Below, piece after piece: positions 62,992 through 64,000 of a DNA stretch of 64,000 nt. Numbering within the stretch: position 1 is the first letter of the stretch; every line of letters starts with the position of its first letter. Origin of the DNA: Podarcis erhardii (taxonomy: Eukaryota); assembly GCA_964252035.1 (NCBI GenBank), contig OZ176209.1, one strand, 5' to 3'. The notes under the pieces were generated by a model. The model was not told where the DNA came from. It saw only the letters and a program-made list of their open reading frames with translations, and did no database searches. A program made the position numbers and the translations under genes.

Positions 62992-64000
62992 GGAGCATAT
63001 GGATAATGTTTGAATCAACCCCAAATGACATAGGTATCTAAGAGTCACTGACCTTGCCAGATGACTTCAGCTCAAGCCCACTGCACACTCTGATGTTGCA
63101 CCTTGCAGCAATTACTTATTTTTATTTAGGTATTTGTTCTATTTATATTTATTCTATTTATAAATAGAATAGAGGAGTTTGAAAAAGTGTAGATGGTTTT
63201 CCTAACTCTGTGAGGCAGGTCAGTTGAGAGATCATCTCAACATAGCAAACAGCAAGGAGATTGCAAGAGTGAGTTTTGGTAGGTAACTTTGCATCCTGCA
63301 TCACAATGAATCATTTCACCTTGGGAAAATCTTATTTAAATACTGACCAGACATGCTGGTTTTGCTTTTGCAACATCTGACAGGATCTCAGCAGAGGTGG
63401 CATGGCTGCAGGCAAACAGTTCTTCCTTGTATGGAATTTTTTGGCTTCTCCCATGACGACGGCCCTCAGATCCCTGCTTAGTAACAAAGAGATTTTCCTT
63501 CTCTTGAGTCCTCACAACAACAGCCTCACCCACGTAGAAACCAGCTCATCTTTGGCAAATAAGTTTCCCAGAGGTCTCTAATTTCAAGAACACTCTAGTT
63601 GCTTTAAGGAGTTGTGTGTTTGTGTATGTAACAATTGCAGGAATATGACAGTTAAGAATTACATTTAAGTACAGCACGAGAAAGCAGCTCTCTTTAAATC
63701 CATGATCTTTAAATCTATGAGACTTTTCTTTAAATCTGTGAGATTGTCATTTGAGTCTCCAAAGCTCTTCAATGACATGGCTGGGCATTCTTTTCAATCC
63801 TCTCACCCAAAGTAAACAAGCTATATGGAGTAAACAACATACTGGAGCTTTGCTTGGGTTCTACACCTGCTGCAAGATATGATAAGAAGGGCTATTTTCT
63901 TTCTGCAGAATGGTAGGTACCAACTTTACTGGCCATTACATATGTAGACTCCTATTGGGAAATGTACTGATTCCAAGATGGCTGCGACATAAAAATGTCA

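Overview
This is vertebrate genomic DNA from a squamate reptile; the repeat families point to a lacertid-type lizard (inference). The only protein-coding gene supported is the 3' part of GRIN2B (NMDA receptor subunit GluN2B) on the + strand. Its last four coding exons are 2797-2957, 5120-5307, 5850-6088 and 8451-10349, all with GT-AG introns and consistent phases, and the protein ends in ...[11 protein letters not shown]-stop. A run of 156 N lies in frame inside the last exon. Downstream, 10350-~35985 looks like an ultra-long (~25.6 kb) terminal-exon 3' UTR. It is poor in young retroelements, carries Pumilio, miR-124 and G-quadruplex motifs on the sense strand, and ends in a canonical TGTA/AATAAA/CA/GT-rich poly(A) module. 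Beyond ~36 kb the DNA is intergenic and rich in transposable elements: a solo LTR (5-bp TSD) with a nested hAT MITE (8-bp TSD), a 5'-truncated BovB (12-bp TSD), a CR1 inserted into an older L2-like tail, tRNA-derived SINEs, MITEs and microsatellites. I see no prokaryotic-type system, CRISPR array, intact RNA gene or second protein-coding gene. Almost all short ORFs in the track are non-coding noise. Comparisons with mammalian sequences and repeat consensuses are from memory and need checking. Motif counts were made by eye.
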